64,000 bases of DNA from Spirochaetota bacterium (GCA_965206985.1 CBDBLF010000021.1:38204-102203); one strand, 5' to 3'. Counted from the first letter of the stretch, positions 52,389-63,625 are shown. Notes: generated by a model from the letters alone, not told the origin. Made by a program: numbers and translations.

Positions 52389-53297
52389 ATGATACCTACT
52401 GCAAGTAAGTCTAATGTTTTGAACTCCATGCTCGAGAGTCCACGAAATCAATGGAGTCAGCAACACCAAAGAGCAAACAAGACATCCTCCGGTGAAAAAA
52501 CAAGAATTATCACCGTTACAAGCGGAAAGGGTGGTGTTGGTAAGTCTTCTGTTTCTGTGAACCTCAGTTTGGCGATGGTCAAGGCGGGTAAAAAGGTTTT
52601 ATTATTTGAGGCTGACCTCGGTTTGGCAAATATAAATATCCTCATGGGCATCGTACCTAAATATAACCTTTATCACTTAATCAGAGACCGAAAAAAATTA
52701 GCAGATATTATCATCCATACTCCGGAAGGGCTGGATATTATTACAGGCGCTTCTGGTTACAGCAGTCTAGCAAATATGTCAAATAGAGAACGCGAACAAA
52801 TCATTGGTGCCTTTGATACTCTAGGTGAGTATGATATTATTTTAATTGATACGGGTGCTGGTATTAGTTCTGCTGTCGTTGACTTCGCTTTACCCGCTAA
52901 CGACATCATTGTGGTCACCACTCCCGAACCAACATCAATCACTGATGCCTATGGAATGATCAAGTCAATTGTTCTTGCGGAACCAAAAAAAAATATCAAA
53001 TTGATTGTCAATAGAGCTACAAGCTCGTTGGAAGGTCGAAGAGTTGCCGAGAGGCTTGTAAACATTTGTGAGCAATTTCTTAACTATAAAATTAAATCTC
53101 ATTCTTTTATATTTGATGATGACAAAGTGAGCAAGGCAGTCAAAAATCAAAAACCATTTTTAATTTTATACCCAAAAGGAAAAGCAAGTAGCTGCTTATA
53201 TGTAATCGCTTCGAAAATATTAGGTCAATCCAATGACATTTCCCAAAACGAAACTTCAGTGGGAGGGATGTTTCGCAAATTGTTTCAAGCACAATAA
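52389..53297 (+). CDS. flhG: MinD/FlhG-family flagellar ATPase
   Basis: SGKGGVGKS, ADLGLAN, DTGAG, TPEPTSITDAY; upstream of fliA. Confidence 0.88.
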   Translation: MIPTASKSNVLNSMLESPRNQWSQQHQRANKTSSGEKTRIITVTSGKGGVGKSSVSVNLSLAMVKAGKKVLLFEADLGLANINILMGIVPKYNLYHLIRDRKKLADIIIHTPEGLDIITGASGYSSLANMSNREREQIIGAFDTLGEYDIILIDTGAGISSAVVDFALPANDIIVVTTPEPTSITDAYGMIKSIVLAEPKKNIKLIVNRATSSLEGRRVAERLVNICEQFLNYKIKSHSFIFDDDKVSKAVKNQKPFLILYPKGKASSCLYVIASKILGQSNDISQNETSVGGMFRKLFQAQ

Positions 53298-53837
53298 ATG
53301 TTTCTGAATCAGCCGGCTTTTGTTATGACTATATCGATATTGGGTTTCTTAGGTTTGCTTGTATCCGCCATTGCGGGCTTGGCTGCTGGTGTTCATCTGC
53401 CCACTGTTTTTTTAAGACCAATCATCTCCGCAATTTGCATGGCTGGATTAGGAGCAGGAATTTATTTTTTTCTTCATTGGCAGGCTCCTGATTTGTTATC
53501 ACAAAAAAGTAACGACGACAATTTTAACAACAAAGAAATGTTCCAGAGTGATACTATCTCACACACAAGTTTAGCTAACATAGAAGAAAGCAATGAAGAA
53601 GACCTTTCTGGAGAGACACATCGCACAAACCAAGACCCCTCTTCGAGTAAAGGTTACAATTCAGGTGAAAGTTACGACGAGAATGACCTATTAAATAGAG
53701 ACAGTATTCGTGGAGAAAAATATTCTTCTGTCACTCAAGACACTGTCGTTATTGACGGCATACCTTTAGAAAATAAACCAGAATTAATGGCACAGGCAGT
53801 TCAGCATCTTCTCGACCAAGATGATGACGACAAATAG
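53298..53837 (+). CDS. Hypothetical membrane protein
   Basis: Two N-terminal TM segments, acidic tail, 'PELMAQAV' end. Confidence 0.7.
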   Translation: MFLNQPAFVMTISILGFLGLLVSAIAGLAAGVHLPTVFLRPIISAICMAGLGAGIYFFLHWQAPDLLSQKSNDDNFNNKEMFQSDTISHTSLANIEESNEEDLSGETHRTNQDPSSSKGYNSGESYDENDLLNRDSIRGEKYSSVTQDTVVIDGIPLENKPELMAQAVQHLLDQDDDDK

Positions 53838-53843
53838 AATGGT

Positions 53844-54647
53844 ATGTTAAGCATGAGAGAACAACGAGTCAAAGAACTCGACGTGAGAGAAGAGAACGGT
53901 CTCTGGAAAGAATACCAAGAGAGTAAAAGTTGCGAGATTAAAGAATATTTCATACAAAAGTATGCTCCTCTTGTTAAGTATGTGGCCGGCAAAGTTGCTG
54001 TTGGCATGCCCCATAACGTAGAATTTGATGACTTGGTGAGTTACGGTACTTTTGGTCTGCTTGATGCCATCGAAAAGTTTGACTCCAACAAAGAGGTTAA
54101 ATTCAAAACTTACGCAATGACGAGAGTTCGTGGGGCTATTTTTGACGAACTACGAACAATTGACTGGATTCCAAGATCAATTCGTCAGAAAGCAAAGCAG
54201 GTTGAAAGAGCAATTATTGAACTTGAAGGTAAATTAGGACGCACCGCAGATGACAAAGAAGTGGCTGTGGAACTTGATATCAGCATTGATGAATTTCATA
54301 AACTTGTTTCCCGTATATCGGGTACAAGCCTTATTTCACTGAATGATGTTTGGCACGGAAGTGACAATTCTGAAGAGCTTTCGTTCATCGAGACGGTTGA
54401 GTCGCCAATAAACACTAACCCTGACGTGATGGTCGAACGCGAAGAAGTGAAAAATATCATTGTTGAAGCCATTAAAAAACTGCCCGACAAGGAAAAAAAA
54501 GTGATTGTACTATATTACTACGAAGATCTCACGCTACGAGAGATCGGCGAAGTTTTGGAAGTTACTGAGTCAAGAGTTTCTCAACTCCATACAAAAGCAG
54601 TAATGCGTTTGCGCGGAACACTAGCTCAAATGAAAGGTGCCATTTGA
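53844..54647 (+). CDS. fliA: RNA polymerase sigma-28 (FliA/WhiG)
   Basis: [43 protein letters not shown]. Confidence 0.95.
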   Translation: MLSMREQRVKELDVREENGLWKEYQESKSCEIKEYFIQKYAPLVKYVAGKVAVGMPHNVEFDDLVSYGTFGLLDAIEKFDSNKEVKFKTYAMTRVRGAIFDELRTIDWIPRSIRQKAKQVERAIIELEGKLGRTADDKEVAVELDISIDEFHKLVSRISGTSLISLNDVWHGSDNSEELSFIETVESPINTNPDVMVEREEVKNIIVEAIKKLPDKEKKVIVLYYYEDLTLREIGEVLEVTESRVSQLHTKAVMRLRGTLAQMKGAI

Positions 54648-54650
54648 ACC

Positions 54651-55463
54651 TTGGAGCATCCTTCCAAGGTTATTAAAAGACATAAGCTCTTTCCAACTCG
54701 TCACCTCAGCCAGAATTTTTTGACAAACACTCACTCGTTAGAGGGTTCGGAGAAGCTTTTTAGAGAAAATGACGTTATTCTGGAAATAGGTTCCGGTCTT
54801 GGGGCGGTGACAGATTATCTCCTCCTTCATAATTTTTCAATGATGCTTTGCGAAAAAGACAGAAAGCTTGCTAACTTTTTAAAACAGAAATATCAAAATC
54901 AGCAGGAAATTATCAATCATGATTTTCTTGATGTTCCTGTAAAACACTGGCACGAAAAAAAAGTCACGGCATGCGTGAGCAACCTCCCCTTCCATATAAC
55001 AACAGAAATCATACTCAAAATTGTTAAAGAAATGACCTTTGTCAAAATCTGTCTTTGGGGTATCCAAAAAGAAGTTGCCGAAAGACTGTGTATAGAAAAA
55101 AAAAGCAGTTCGTTATCCATCTTTCTCAAGATGTGTGGGAATATCCGGCTCATAAGCCTCATAAAAAAAAATAGTTTTTATCCAAAACCAAATGTTGATG
55201 CTTATTGGGTTTTTTGGGAAAGATCACTTAAAGTAGAAGAATCAGAGACTTTTGAAGTTCTTTTAAGATCGATTTTTTGGGGGAAAAGAAAAACAATCAT
55301 GAACGCATTAAAACGAAGTCCTCACCTACCAACACCAAAAACACGAGATTGGCTGAAAAAAATAGAATCCCCTCCTGATCACATGAAAGAACTCATGAAA
55401 AAAAGAGCCGACATCTTGCAGTTAGAAGATTACCTCCTTCTTTTTAGATGGCTTCAACAATGA
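54651..55463 (+). CDS. rsmA: 16S rRNA dimethyladenosine transferase
   Basis: SQNFL, LEIGSGLG, SNLPF, QKEVAER, FYPKPNVD. Confidence 0.9.
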   Translation: MEHPSKVIKRHKLFPTRHLSQNFLTNTHSLEGSEKLFRENDVILEIGSGLGAVTDYLLLHNFSMMLCEKDRKLANFLKQKYQNQQEIINHDFLDVPVKHWHEKKVTACVSNLPFHITTEIILKIVKEMTFVKICLWGIQKEVAERLCIEKKSSSLSIFLKMCGNIRLISLIKKNSFYPKPNVDAYWVFWERSLKVEESETFEVLLRSIFWGKRKTIMNALKRSPHLPTPKTRDWLKKIESPPDHMKELMKKRADILQLEDYLLLFRWLQQ

Positions 55464-55549
55464 TATTTTGGGTCGTGTCATATTTAATCAAAGTTTCCAA
55501 TTAAAAAAGGAATTGACTTATCTCCCTTAAATTAAGGTTATGTCTCATT

Positions 55550-55927
55550 ATGAACAAAAGAAAATATACCTTTGATACAAGTGGTTTTAGCTGTCAAAAT
55601 ACAGACTGCCATAAGTATCATAAGGTAAATGAAGGAAATGTGCGCTTTGCTTATATGTCTGGTAAGTACAAACAAATAGCCTATTTAAAGTGCACCGCTT
55701 GTGGTAGATGCTTTTCAGAGAATAAAGGCACTATTTTTTTTCGTCGCAAGAAAAGCAAAGAAACCATTACTCGGGTATTACAAAACACAGTTGAGGGCTG
55801 TGGCATTAGAGCTACCGGAAGAGTCTTTGGTATCAGCAAGGATACAGTTCTTGCTTGGGTTAAAGCAGCAGGTGAAGATTCACTAAAAGTTGAAAAAAAA
55901 TATATACAAAAACCTGTCTTTCAATGA
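55550..55927 (+). CDS. IS1 InsA-like zinc finger/HTH
   Basis: CQNTDC...CTACGRCF; GIRATGRVFGISKDTVLAW. Confidence 0.85.
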   Translation: MNKRKYTFDTSGFSCQNTDCHKYHKVNEGNVRFAYMSGKYKQIAYLKCTACGRCFSENKGTIFFRRKKSKETITRVLQNTVEGCGIRATGRVFGISKDTVLAWVKAAGEDSLKVEKKYIQKPVFQ

Positions 55928-56654
55928 AATTCAATTAGACGAGCATTGGGGTTTTGTCTTTAAAAAACAATACAATCTATCAGAGACTGAGCGATTAAGT
56001 GATGAAATAGGGGATATCTGGACTTTTACTGCAGTATTGCCTGTAGAAAAGCTCATTTTAGCGCATATAACAGGCAAGAGGACCTCAGTGAATGCTAGAA
56101 AGTTACTGACCAAGGTAAAAACAAGAAGTAAGCCAAAGAGGGAAGATAAATTCTTGATTACTTCTGATGGATATGAGGGATATAGTGATGCCATTCTTTC
56201 AGTTTATGGTAAATTTGACTCAATGACTAGAAAGCTTCAATCACCCAAATCTCTATGTTATGGGCAAATAATTAAGAGAATAGAAAAAGGGAGATGTAAG
56301 GAAGTTGACAAATCTCTAATCTTTGGTGATCAAAAGCTACTAGATGAATATATTGCAAACTCTTCAGTAAGTCATCAGATAAACACCTTTGCTGTAGAAA
56401 GGAATAATTTGACTCTTCGCCAACACAATCATAGAATAGAGCGTAAAAGTCAGGGTTTTTCAAAAAAATTCAAATATATGCAGGGGCATAATTCTTTTGT
56501 TGCTAATTATTACAATTTCTGCCTTCCACATTCAAGTCTAGCTGAGTATGAGGGAGGAAAACCAATTCAAATCACCCCAGCAATGGCTACAGAAATGACG
56601 AATCATAAGTGGTCTATACAAGAATTATTCATCGCAAATAGAAACTTTGATTAA
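55890..56654 (+). CDS. IS1 InsB-like DDE domain
   Basis: QLDEHWGFV, TSDGYEGY, VERNNLTLRQ, GFSKK, TPAMA. Confidence 0.85.
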   Translation: MKKNIYKNLSFNEIQLDEHWGFVFKKQYNLSETERLSDEIGDIWTFTAVLPVEKLILAHITGKRTSVNARKLLTKVKTRSKPKREDKFLITSDGYEGYSDAILSVYGKFDSMTRKLQSPKSLCYGQIIKRIEKGRCKEVDKSLIFGDQKLLDEYIANSSVSHQINTFAVERNNLTLRQHNHRIERKSQGFSKKFKYMQGHNSFVANYYNFCLPHSSLAEYEGGKPIQITPAMATEMTNHKWSIQELFIANRNFD

Positions 56655-56800
56655 ATATGACACGACCATATTTTGACGGACTATCGTCCTTGACGGAGAG
56701 TCCAGGTGACAGCTAATAATACCTCCAAAAAAATGGATTGTATCGGGTTTGCTATTTCATTGGTTTTCGAAACGTCGTTAAAGCCCGGAGAGACAAAAAA

Positions 56801-57538
56801 ATGAAAATTATACCCGCCATCGACTTGCTCGCATCAAAGGTAGTTCGCCTATCCCAAGGAAACTATGACAAAGTAAAAGTCTATTCAAACTCTCCCCTCA
56901 GTGTTGCACAAGAGTTTGCTGATCACGGTTTTTCCCGCCTCCACATCGTCGACCTATCTGGGGCAAAAAATGAAAAACCCTTTCACACTCAATTGATTCG
57001 TGACATCAAAAAGTCGACGAATTGCCAAATTGAAATGGGAGGTGGGATACGAAATCACTCCGAAGCAAAACACCTTTTTGAAACCTGTCTCGACATTGAG
57101 ACGGACCGTGTAATGCTAGGATCTCTGCCTTTCAAAAACCCTGATGAATTTGAGAAAATTGTGGTTGATTATGCCAGTAATATCTTATTAACATTGGATG
57201 TTTGGGGGGAAACCATTTTTATATCAGGCTGGAGAGAAAATTCAAAAAAAAATATATTTGCGTGTGTTCCTAAGTTCAGAAAAGAGTTTGGAATTAATTC
57301 ATTTTTAGTCACTCAAATCAAATCAGATGGACTTTTAGATGGTCCTGATATTCCATTGTATCAAAAAATTCTCACAGAAAATCCACACATTACTTTGATT
57401 GCCTCGGGAGGTGTCTCGAATATAGAAGATCTAAAAGAACTTGCTGAAGCAACGAGTGTTGATGGAGTTGTCGTTGGTAGAGCCATCTACGAAAAAAAAA
57501 TCAGCCTAGACGAAATATCAAAGAATATTTTTGTGTGA
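56801..57538 (+). CDS. hisA: ProFAR isomerase
   Basis: IIPAIDL, VVRLSQG, LHIVDL, GGGIR, DGLLDGPD, IASGGV. Confidence 0.93.
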   Translation: MKIIPAIDLLASKVVRLSQGNYDKVKVYSNSPLSVAQEFADHGFSRLHIVDLSGAKNEKPFHTQLIRDIKKSTNCQIEMGGGIRNHSEAKHLFETCLDIETDRVMLGSLPFKNPDEFEKIVVDYASNILLTLDVWGETIFISGWRENSKKNIFACVPKFRKEFGINSFLVTQIKSDGLLDGPDIPLYQKILTENPHITLIASGGVSNIEDLKELAEATSVDGVVVGRAIYEKKISLDEISKNIFV

Positions 57539-57598
57539 ACCATATGCTTGTTAAGATTAAAGAAAATACATTATTTTGCCAGATTTTTGTAAATAATA

Positions 57599-58372
57599 TT
57601 ATGTTGGTTTTCTCGTAGATAATTGAAACCATACATTGTGGTTAATTGTGTACACTTTTTCACTTACCAAATCTTTAACCATGAGCAATCCAAGCGGATC
57701 AATTCCTAGGATAGTTGCATCAATTCGTCTTTTCTTGCTGTCAAAGTAGACGACTTTTTTTCCCAACAGACTGAACGATTTTAAAATTTCATTTATTAAT
57801 TGCTGGCCCATAGGAGGTGCAAAATTTGCCAACATAAGTTTGATTTCAGACCAAAGAGCCAGCAACAATGGCTTTTTTTTTATAGATCGCTTTGCAAGTA
57901 TTTTAACAGACGTCACTTTTGGAGTTAGCTCAGTGCTAAAAGTGGTACTATTCACATTGACCCCAACACCAAGCAATACGATAGGTTTTCCATTCTCAAT
58001 TAAAAGTTCACAGAGGATACCCGCCAATTTTTTATCTACCCCTGAATCAGAGGTAGATTGAATATCATTGGGCCATTTTATTGTGAGGTCAACACCAGTA
58101 ATCCTTTTCAATACTCGTAAAATGGCAAGGCTGACATATAATGTGATGCAAGAAATATACTTAGTAGGGATAGATTCGTGAGGGTGAAAGATAAATGAAA
58201 ATGCAATATCTTTATTTTTTTGAGATGACCAAGTCCGCTCATTTTGCCCTCTGCCTGCAGTTTGATTAAAAGTGAATACCAAAGAATAGTTTTCTTCCCA
58301 CAAGTAGCGGTTTTGCTTGATATAAGTGTTGGTTGAGTCAACTTCAGGTAACTGGATCAATCTAAAACTCAT
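57599..58372 (-). CDS. birA: Biotin--protein ligase
   Basis: DSTN, QTAGRGQ, IKWPND, KLAGILCE, GVGVN. Confidence 0.92.
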   Translation of the reverse strand: MSFRLIQLPEVDSTNTYIKQNRYLWEENYSLVFTFNQTAGRGQNERTWSSQKNKDIAFSFIFHPHESIPTKYISCITLYVSLAILRVLKRITGVDLTIKWPNDIQSTSDSGVDKKLAGILCELLIENGKPIVLLGVGVNVNSTTFSTELTPKVTSVKILAKRSIKKKPLLLALWSEIKLMLANFAPPMGQQLINEILKSFSLLGKKVVYFDSKKRRIDATILGIDPLGLLMVKDLVSEKVYTINHNVWFQLSTRKPT

Positions 58373-58375
58373 CCA

Positions 58376-59164
58376 TTATCTAACCCAAGGTGCAGGTCGT
58401 TTTTCAAAAAATGCCTTGATGCCCTCTTTCGTTTCATTCGTCTCCCAACAATCGGCAAGAGCCTCAATAGCAGTGCGACTCTGATATTCGAGAAAACGAC
58501 TTGACCATTTAAGATTGAGCTTCTTAGCCCGTGCCATTGCCTTTGGTGCAGCATCGAGAGCAAAACCAACTTCTTTTTCAGTTAATGTATTGAGTTCTTC
58601 TTTACCATTTGCACGAATAGACACTAACCCAAGTCGTTCAGCTCTCGCCGTATCCATGATACTACCAGTAATCAATATCGATCGAGCAACACCGCCACCA
58701 AGTTTCTGAATAACAAAAGGGCCGATTGTTGCAGGAATAAGCCCAAGACGCGTTTCAGTGAGAGCAAACTGTGCTCCTTCTGTGGCGATAACAATATCGG
58801 CCACTACCATCAGTCCAACACCACCACCATAGGCGTTACCCTGCACTTTGGCAATTACTGGTTTTGGCATCTGGTGAATCATCATAAGCATATCAGCAAG
58901 ATTTTTGGCCTCTCTAATTTTACCGGCACGGTCGGCAGTAGCTTGGTCGCGCATCCAACCAAGGTCACCACCAGAACAAAAGTTAGTGCCTGTTGATGTT
59001 AGCACGATTACTCGTATATCGTGATCACTTTTAAAGATCTTGAAAACCGCTGTCATTTCACGGATCATTGTTGCGTTCAGAGCATGGTGCTTCTCTGGTC
59101 TATTAAGCGTTAGTGTCGCGACTCCGCAACTATTGATTTCGACAATTAGTGTTTCATATTCCAT
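58376..59164 (-). CDS. liuC: Methylglutaconyl-CoA hydratase (crotonase)
   Basis: LNRPEKHHA, FCSGGDL, AYGGGVG, ETRLGLIPA; context. Confidence 0.8.
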   Translation of the reverse strand: MEYETLIVEINSCGVATLTLNRPEKHHALNATMIREMTAVFKIFKSDHDIRVIVLTSTGTNFCSGGDLGWMRDQATADRAGKIREAKNLADMLMMIHQMPKPVIAKVQGNAYGGGVGLMVVADIVIATEGAQFALTETRLGLIPATIGPFVIQKLGGGVARSILITGSIMDTARAERLGLVSIRANGKEELNTLTEKEVGFALDAAPKAMARAKKLNLKWSSRFLEYQSRTAIEALADCWETNETKEGIKAFFEKRPAPWVR

Positions 59165-60051
59165 CAGTAATCACCTCTCTCAGCGATTCCAATTTTACGG
59201 AGCATGGTATTCGCATGACGAAGGATATCAATATCAAGCCCCGTTTGCCAACCAAGCTCATGGAGTCGCTTAGCCAGAGATAGTGTTGCAACGTTGCCTT
59301 TTGCCCCAGGTGCGTAAGGACAGCCGCCAAGCCCACCCACAGCACTGTCAAATCGCCTTAAACCAAACTCAAGAGATCGCTCGACGTTGGCAATTGCATG
59401 ATTACCAGTATCATGGTAATGTCCAGCAAGATTAGTAGAAGGAATAGCGATGGTCAAAGTCTCTAGCAATGTCGCAATGTTAGCGGGTGTTCCAGCACCT
59501 GTCGTATCACCAAGAGAAACTTCGTAACAACCAATATTGAGCAGCCTTTCAGCAACTTCTCGAACTTTCTGAGGTTTTGTTGCACCATCATAAGGGCAAG
59601 CGATGACACAGGAAATATAGCCCCGAACTGGAATATTTAGGTGACCAGCCGCATCCATGATCGGTTTGAATCGATTGATACTTTCAGCAATTGAGCAGTT
59701 GACATTTTTTTGGCTGAAGGTCTCAGAGGCAGATGCAAAAATTGCGACTTCATCAGCCCCAGCTTCCATTGCTCTATCAAAACCAATGATATTTGGTGTT
59801 AGAGCGGCATAGCGAATATCATCACGACGCTGAATACCCGCCATCACGAGAGAGGAGTCAGCCATTTGTGGTACCCATTTTGGCGACACGAAGCTAGTCA
59901 CTTCGATATGACTAAAACCGACGGTTGTTAACAGATCAACGAGTGTAATCTTTGCAAGGGTTGGAATGTTGTTTCGTTCATTCTGAAGACCATCACGGGG
60001 GCCAACTTCATAAAGACTAACTGTGTTTTCTTCCATTGTTGTCCTTTTCAC
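59164..60051 (-). CDS. liuE: Hydroxymethylglutaryl-CoA lyase
   Basis: EVGPRDGLQNE, SLGDT, HYHDT, GLGGCPYAPGAKGN. Confidence 0.93.
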   Translation of the reverse strand: MKRTTMEENTVSLYEVGPRDGLQNERNNIPTLAKITLVDLLTTVGFSHIEVTSFVSPKWVPQMADSSLVMAGIQRRDDIRYAALTPNIIGFDRAMEAGADEVAIFASASETFSQKNVNCSIAESINRFKPIMDAAGHLNIPVRGYISCVIACPYDGATKPQKVREVAERLLNIGCYEVSLGDTTGAGTPANIATLLETLTIAIPSTNLAGHYHDTGNHAIANVERSLEFGLRRFDSAVGGLGGCPYAPGAKGNVATLSLAKRLHELGWQTGLDIDILRHANTMLRKIGIAERGDY

Positions 60052-62005
60052 TAAGAGTAATCAAAACAGTTCCATCTTCCACTGTCGCACCGACACTCCC
60101 TACCAGCGTTTCGATAATGCCATCTTTAGGGGCAGCAAGTGTGTGTTCCATTTTCATTGCCTCCATACATATTAAAGGATCACCTTTACTGACACTCTCG
60201 CCAATTTTAACATTAATTTGACAGATGATACCAGTCATGGGAGCCGCGATGTGATTACTTGTTGACGTGTTTTCTGTTGCCTTTAGCGTGTCAACTAGGT
60301 GAAAACGGTAGAAGCGACTAGCATGAGTTATGGCCAGTTCATTTGACATGACGGAGAAGTGGGCGTCAATTTTTTCGCCAGTATCAGCAACTCTGAATTG
60401 ATAGTGGTCTTTTTTAGGGCCACCTTTGACTGAACTAAAAATGATATCTGTATTATCATGACGGACACTGACATGACCTTTTTTTTGGATATAAACAAAA
60501 CGGTGGAATACTTTTCCCTGGTAATTCAGGCAAATCGTCATTTCTCCAGCACCCCAATGTCGCCAGCCAAGATATGGGGACGAGAAATCAAGACCTAAAC
60601 CAATAATTGAGGCGATAGCTACTAATTTGTCATTAATCTTATGTTCAGTAGTGATAAGATCATAATTAGAATCAATCCATTCTGTGTCAATTTTTCCGGC
60701 CAGAACATCAGAATTGAGACATAATTCTTGCAGGAAGTGAATATTCGTCGCTATCCCTAGAATATGGGTTGAGCCTAGATCTGTATTAAGACGTTTGAAT
60801 CCCTCATCGCGATTAGGTCCATGACTAATAATTTTGGCAATCATGGGATCATAAAAAGAAGAAACGACATCGCCACTCTGAATGCCACTATCAACACGGC
60901 TATTTTTAGGAAATTTTGCCAAAGTAATGAGGCCAGGGGCTGGCAGAAAATTGTTATTCGTGTTTTCGGCATAGAGTCGAGCTTCTACCGCATGGCCCGA
61001 AATTTGGATCTGATCTTGCTTGAGTGGTAAAGGTTCACCAGCTGCCACGCGTAATTGCCATTCAACAAGATCAAGCCCCGTCACCATTTCCGTTACTGGA
61101 TGCTCAACTTGTAATCTTGTGTTCATCTCCATAAACCAAAAGTCATGAGGATGAAGGCCTTTGCTAACATCAACAATAAATTCAACCGTGCCTGCCCCAC
61201 GGTAATTAATTGCCTTTGTTACTGTGAGTGCTGCATTCGTCATAGCCTTGCGAGTTGCGTCATTCATGCATGGTGAAGGAGATTCTTCAATGATCTTCTG
61301 ATATCGACGTTGCAAAGAACAGTCGCGTTCAAAAAGGTGGACAGCGTTACCATGATTATCAGCAAAAATTTGTATTTCGATATGCCGAGGATTATCAATA
61401 TATTTTTCGATAAGAACTGCATCATCACCAAAACTGGACTTGACTTCTCTTTTTATTTTAGTGAGAGCTGCAACAAAGTCTTGACTGCAAGCAACTCGTC
61501 TGATGCCTTTGCCACCTCCGCCAGCACGCGCCTTAATGAATACAGGATAGCCAATTGCCTCAGCTTGTTTCATGAGGTTTTTTATATTTTGATTGTTATC
61601 GTGATAACCAGGGACAACTGGCACACCAGCTTTAGTCATTAACTTTTTAGCAGCGTCTTTGAGACCCATAGAACGAATCGCTTTTGCTCCTGGACCAATA
61701 AAAGCAAGCCCTTCGGCCTCAATGGCATCAACAAAATCAGCATTCTCAGAAAGAAACCCATAGCCAGGGTAGATCGCTTCTGCACCAGATGTTTTAGCCG
61801 CAGCGACGATTTTATCGATGTTGAGATAACTCTCTGCTGCTTTCGACCCACCTATGGAAATTGCCTGATCCGCCATTGCAACATGAAGCGAATTTTTATC
61901 AATGTCAGAAAAAACACTCACTGTTTCTATGTCCATTGCTTTTGCTGTTCGAATCACACGACAAGCAATTTCTCCTCTATTGGCAATCAGTATGCGGCGA
62001 AACAT
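60017..62005 (-). CDS. liuD: 3-methylcrotonyl-CoA carboxylase alpha (biotin carboxylase + BCCP)
   Basis: ANRGEIA, PGYGFLSEN, EMNTRLQVEHPVTE, EAMKME. Confidence 0.88.
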   Translation of the reverse strand: MFRRILIANRGEIACRVIRTAKAMDIETVSVFSDIDKNSLHVAMADQAISIGGSKAAESYLNIDKIVAAAKTSGAEAIYPGYGFLSENADFVDAIEAEGLAFIGPGAKAIRSMGLKDAAKKLMTKAGVPVVPGYHDNNQNIKNLMKQAEAIGYPVFIKARAGGGGKGIRRVACSQDFVAALTKIKREVKSSFGDDAVLIEKYIDNPRHIEIQIFADNHGNAVHLFERDCSLQRRYQKIIEESPSPCMNDATRKAMTNAALTVTKAINYRGAGTVEFIVDVSKGLHPHDFWFMEMNTRLQVEHPVTEMVTGLDLVEWQLRVAAGEPLPLKQDQIQISGHAVEARLYAENTNNNFLPAPGLITLAKFPKNSRVDSGIQSGDVVSSFYDPMIAKIISHGPNRDEGFKRLNTDLGSTHILGIATNIHFLQELCLNSDVLAGKIDTEWIDSNYDLITTEHKINDKLVAIASIIGLGLDFSSPYLGWRHWGAGEMTICLNYQGKVFHRFVYIQKKGHVSVRHDNTDIIFSSVKGGPKKDHYQFRVADTGEKIDAHFSVMSNELAITHASRFYRFHLVDTLKATENTSTSNHIAAPMTGIICQINVKIGESVSKGDPLICMEAMKMEHTLAAPKDGIIETLVGSVGATVEDGTVLITLSEKDNNGRKHS

Positions 62006-62020
62006 AAGAAATCTCTCTTA

Positions 62021-63625
62021 TTACATTCTGAAAACAGGGAATTGTGTGGCGTCAATTAACGTATTGGAAGTTGCTTTGAGCGATAAAGCAATTACTTCCC
62101 TTGTTTGAGTCGGGTCAATAATACCATCATCCCAAAGTCGGGCTGAAGCGTAAAGAGGGTCACTCTGAGTTTCAAATTGATTGAGTATTCGTTGTTTAAA
62201 AGTGATTTCTTCGTCTTTAGACCATGTCTTGCCTTTTGCTTCAATACTAGAACGGCGGATACGTGCGAGTACTCCTGCTGCCTGCTCTCCTCCCATAACA
62301 GCGATTCGAGCATTTGGCCATATCCAAACAAAACGTGGTCCGTAGGCACGGCCACACATACCGTAATTTCCTGCTCCATACGAACCTCCAATGATAACAG
62401 TAATTTTTGGTACATTCGCACAAGCCACAGCGGCCACCAATTTTGCTCCATCTTTAGCAATGCCTTTTGATTCATATTTTGAACCAACCATGAAACCTGT
62501 AATATTTTGCAAAAATAAAAGTGGGATTTTCCGTTGGCAACATAACTCAATGAAATGTGCACCCTTAGTCGATGACTCAGAGAATAGTACACCATTATTA
62601 GCAAGGATACCAATTAGTCTGTTGTTAATTCGGGCAAATCCGCAGAGTAATGTTGTGCCATAACGTGCTTTGAACTCATCAAAATCTGAACCATCGACAA
62701 TACGTGCAATCACTTCACGACTATCAAATGGCTGTTTCGTATCAACAGGGATGACAGACAAAAGCTCGTAGGGATCATAGAGCGGTGGCTGAGCATCACT
62801 GCCAGCAAGGAGAATGTTTGCTCGGTTGAGGTTACGAACGGTCTGGCGGGTGATGGCAAGAGCGTGATCATCACTTTCGGCTAGCACATCGGCAACACCA
62901 GAGAGGCGCGTATGAGTATCACCGCCACCAAGTGTTTCTGCGTCAATATCCTCACCAGTAGCCTGTTTGACAAGGGGTGGACCCGCCAGAAAGATTGTTC
63001 CCTGATCGCGAACAATGATTGTCTGATCACTCATCGCCGGAACGTAAGCACCACCAGCCGTGCATGAGCCCATGACAACGGCAATTTGAGGAATTCCTTT
63101 CCCACTCATTCGTGCCTGATTGTAGAAGATACGACCAAAATGATCTCGATCAGGGAAAACTTCGTCTTGGTTAGGCAAGTTAGCACCACCACTGTCAACC
63201 AAATAGATACAGGGCAGGTGGTTTTCTTCGGCAATTTCTTGAGCACGCAAATGTTTTTTGACTGTCATTGGATAATAAGTGCCGCCTTTAACCGTCGAGT
63301 CATTACAGACAATCATGCAATCACGACCTTCCACCATGCCGATACCAGCGATCACTCCTGCCGAAGGAACATCATCTTCGTAGAGACCATAAGCGGCAAA
63401 AAGTCCAATCTCAAGAAAGAATGAACCCGGGTCAATCAGCCCATCTATCCGTTGGCGGGGCAGCCTTTTCCCTCGATTTAGGTGTCGTGTACGTGCTCTC
63501 TCCGACCCGCCAAGCCTGACTATCGCCGCTGCATCAGCAATACGAGCACATTGGTTTCCCATCGCTTCACGGTTTTTTTTAGCCTGAGCACTGCACAGAT
63601 CAAACGAAGGTTGGAGGGTAGCCAT
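62021..63625 (-). CDS. liuB: 3-methylcrotonyl-CoA carboxylase beta
   Basis: [41 protein letters not shown]. Confidence 0.92.
   Translation of the reverse strand: MATLQPSFDLCSAQAKKNREAMGNQCARIADAAAIVRLGGSERARTRHLNRGKRLPRQRIDGLIDPGSFFLEIGLFAAYGLYEDDVPSAGVIAGIGMVEGRDCMIVCNDSTVKGGTYYPMTVKKHLRAQEIAEENHLPCIYLVDSGGANLPNQDEVFPDRDHFGRIFYNQARMSGKGIPQIAVVMGSCTAGGAYVPAMSDQTIIVRDQGTIFLAGPPLVKQATGEDIDAETLGGGDTHTRLSGVADVLAESDDHALAITRQTVRNLNRANILLAGSDAQPPLYDPYELLSVIPVDTKQPFDSREVIARIVDGSDFDEFKARYGTTLLCGFARINNRLIGILANNGVLFSESSTKGAHFIELCCQRKIPLLFLQNITGFMVGSKYESKGIAKDGAKLVAAVACANVPKITVIIGGSYGAGNYGMCGRAYGPRFVWIWPNARIAVMGGEQAAGVLARIRRSSIEAKGKTWSKDEEITFKQRILNQFETQSDPLYASARLWDDGIIDPTQTREVIALSLKATSNTLIDATQFPVFRM

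Larger units (their letters stand above)
55471..56667 (+). mobile_element. IS1-family insertion sequence (1197 bp)
   Basis: 27-bp perfect TIR GGTCGTGTCATATTTAATCAAAGTTTC; 8-bp TSD ATATTTTG (55463-55470 / 56668-56675). Confidence 0.93.

Noticed and set aside
56670-56710. TTGACGGA direct repeat and small hairpin upstream of hisA as a riboswitch
   Set aside because: Does not match any riboswitch consensus I can recognise; too short
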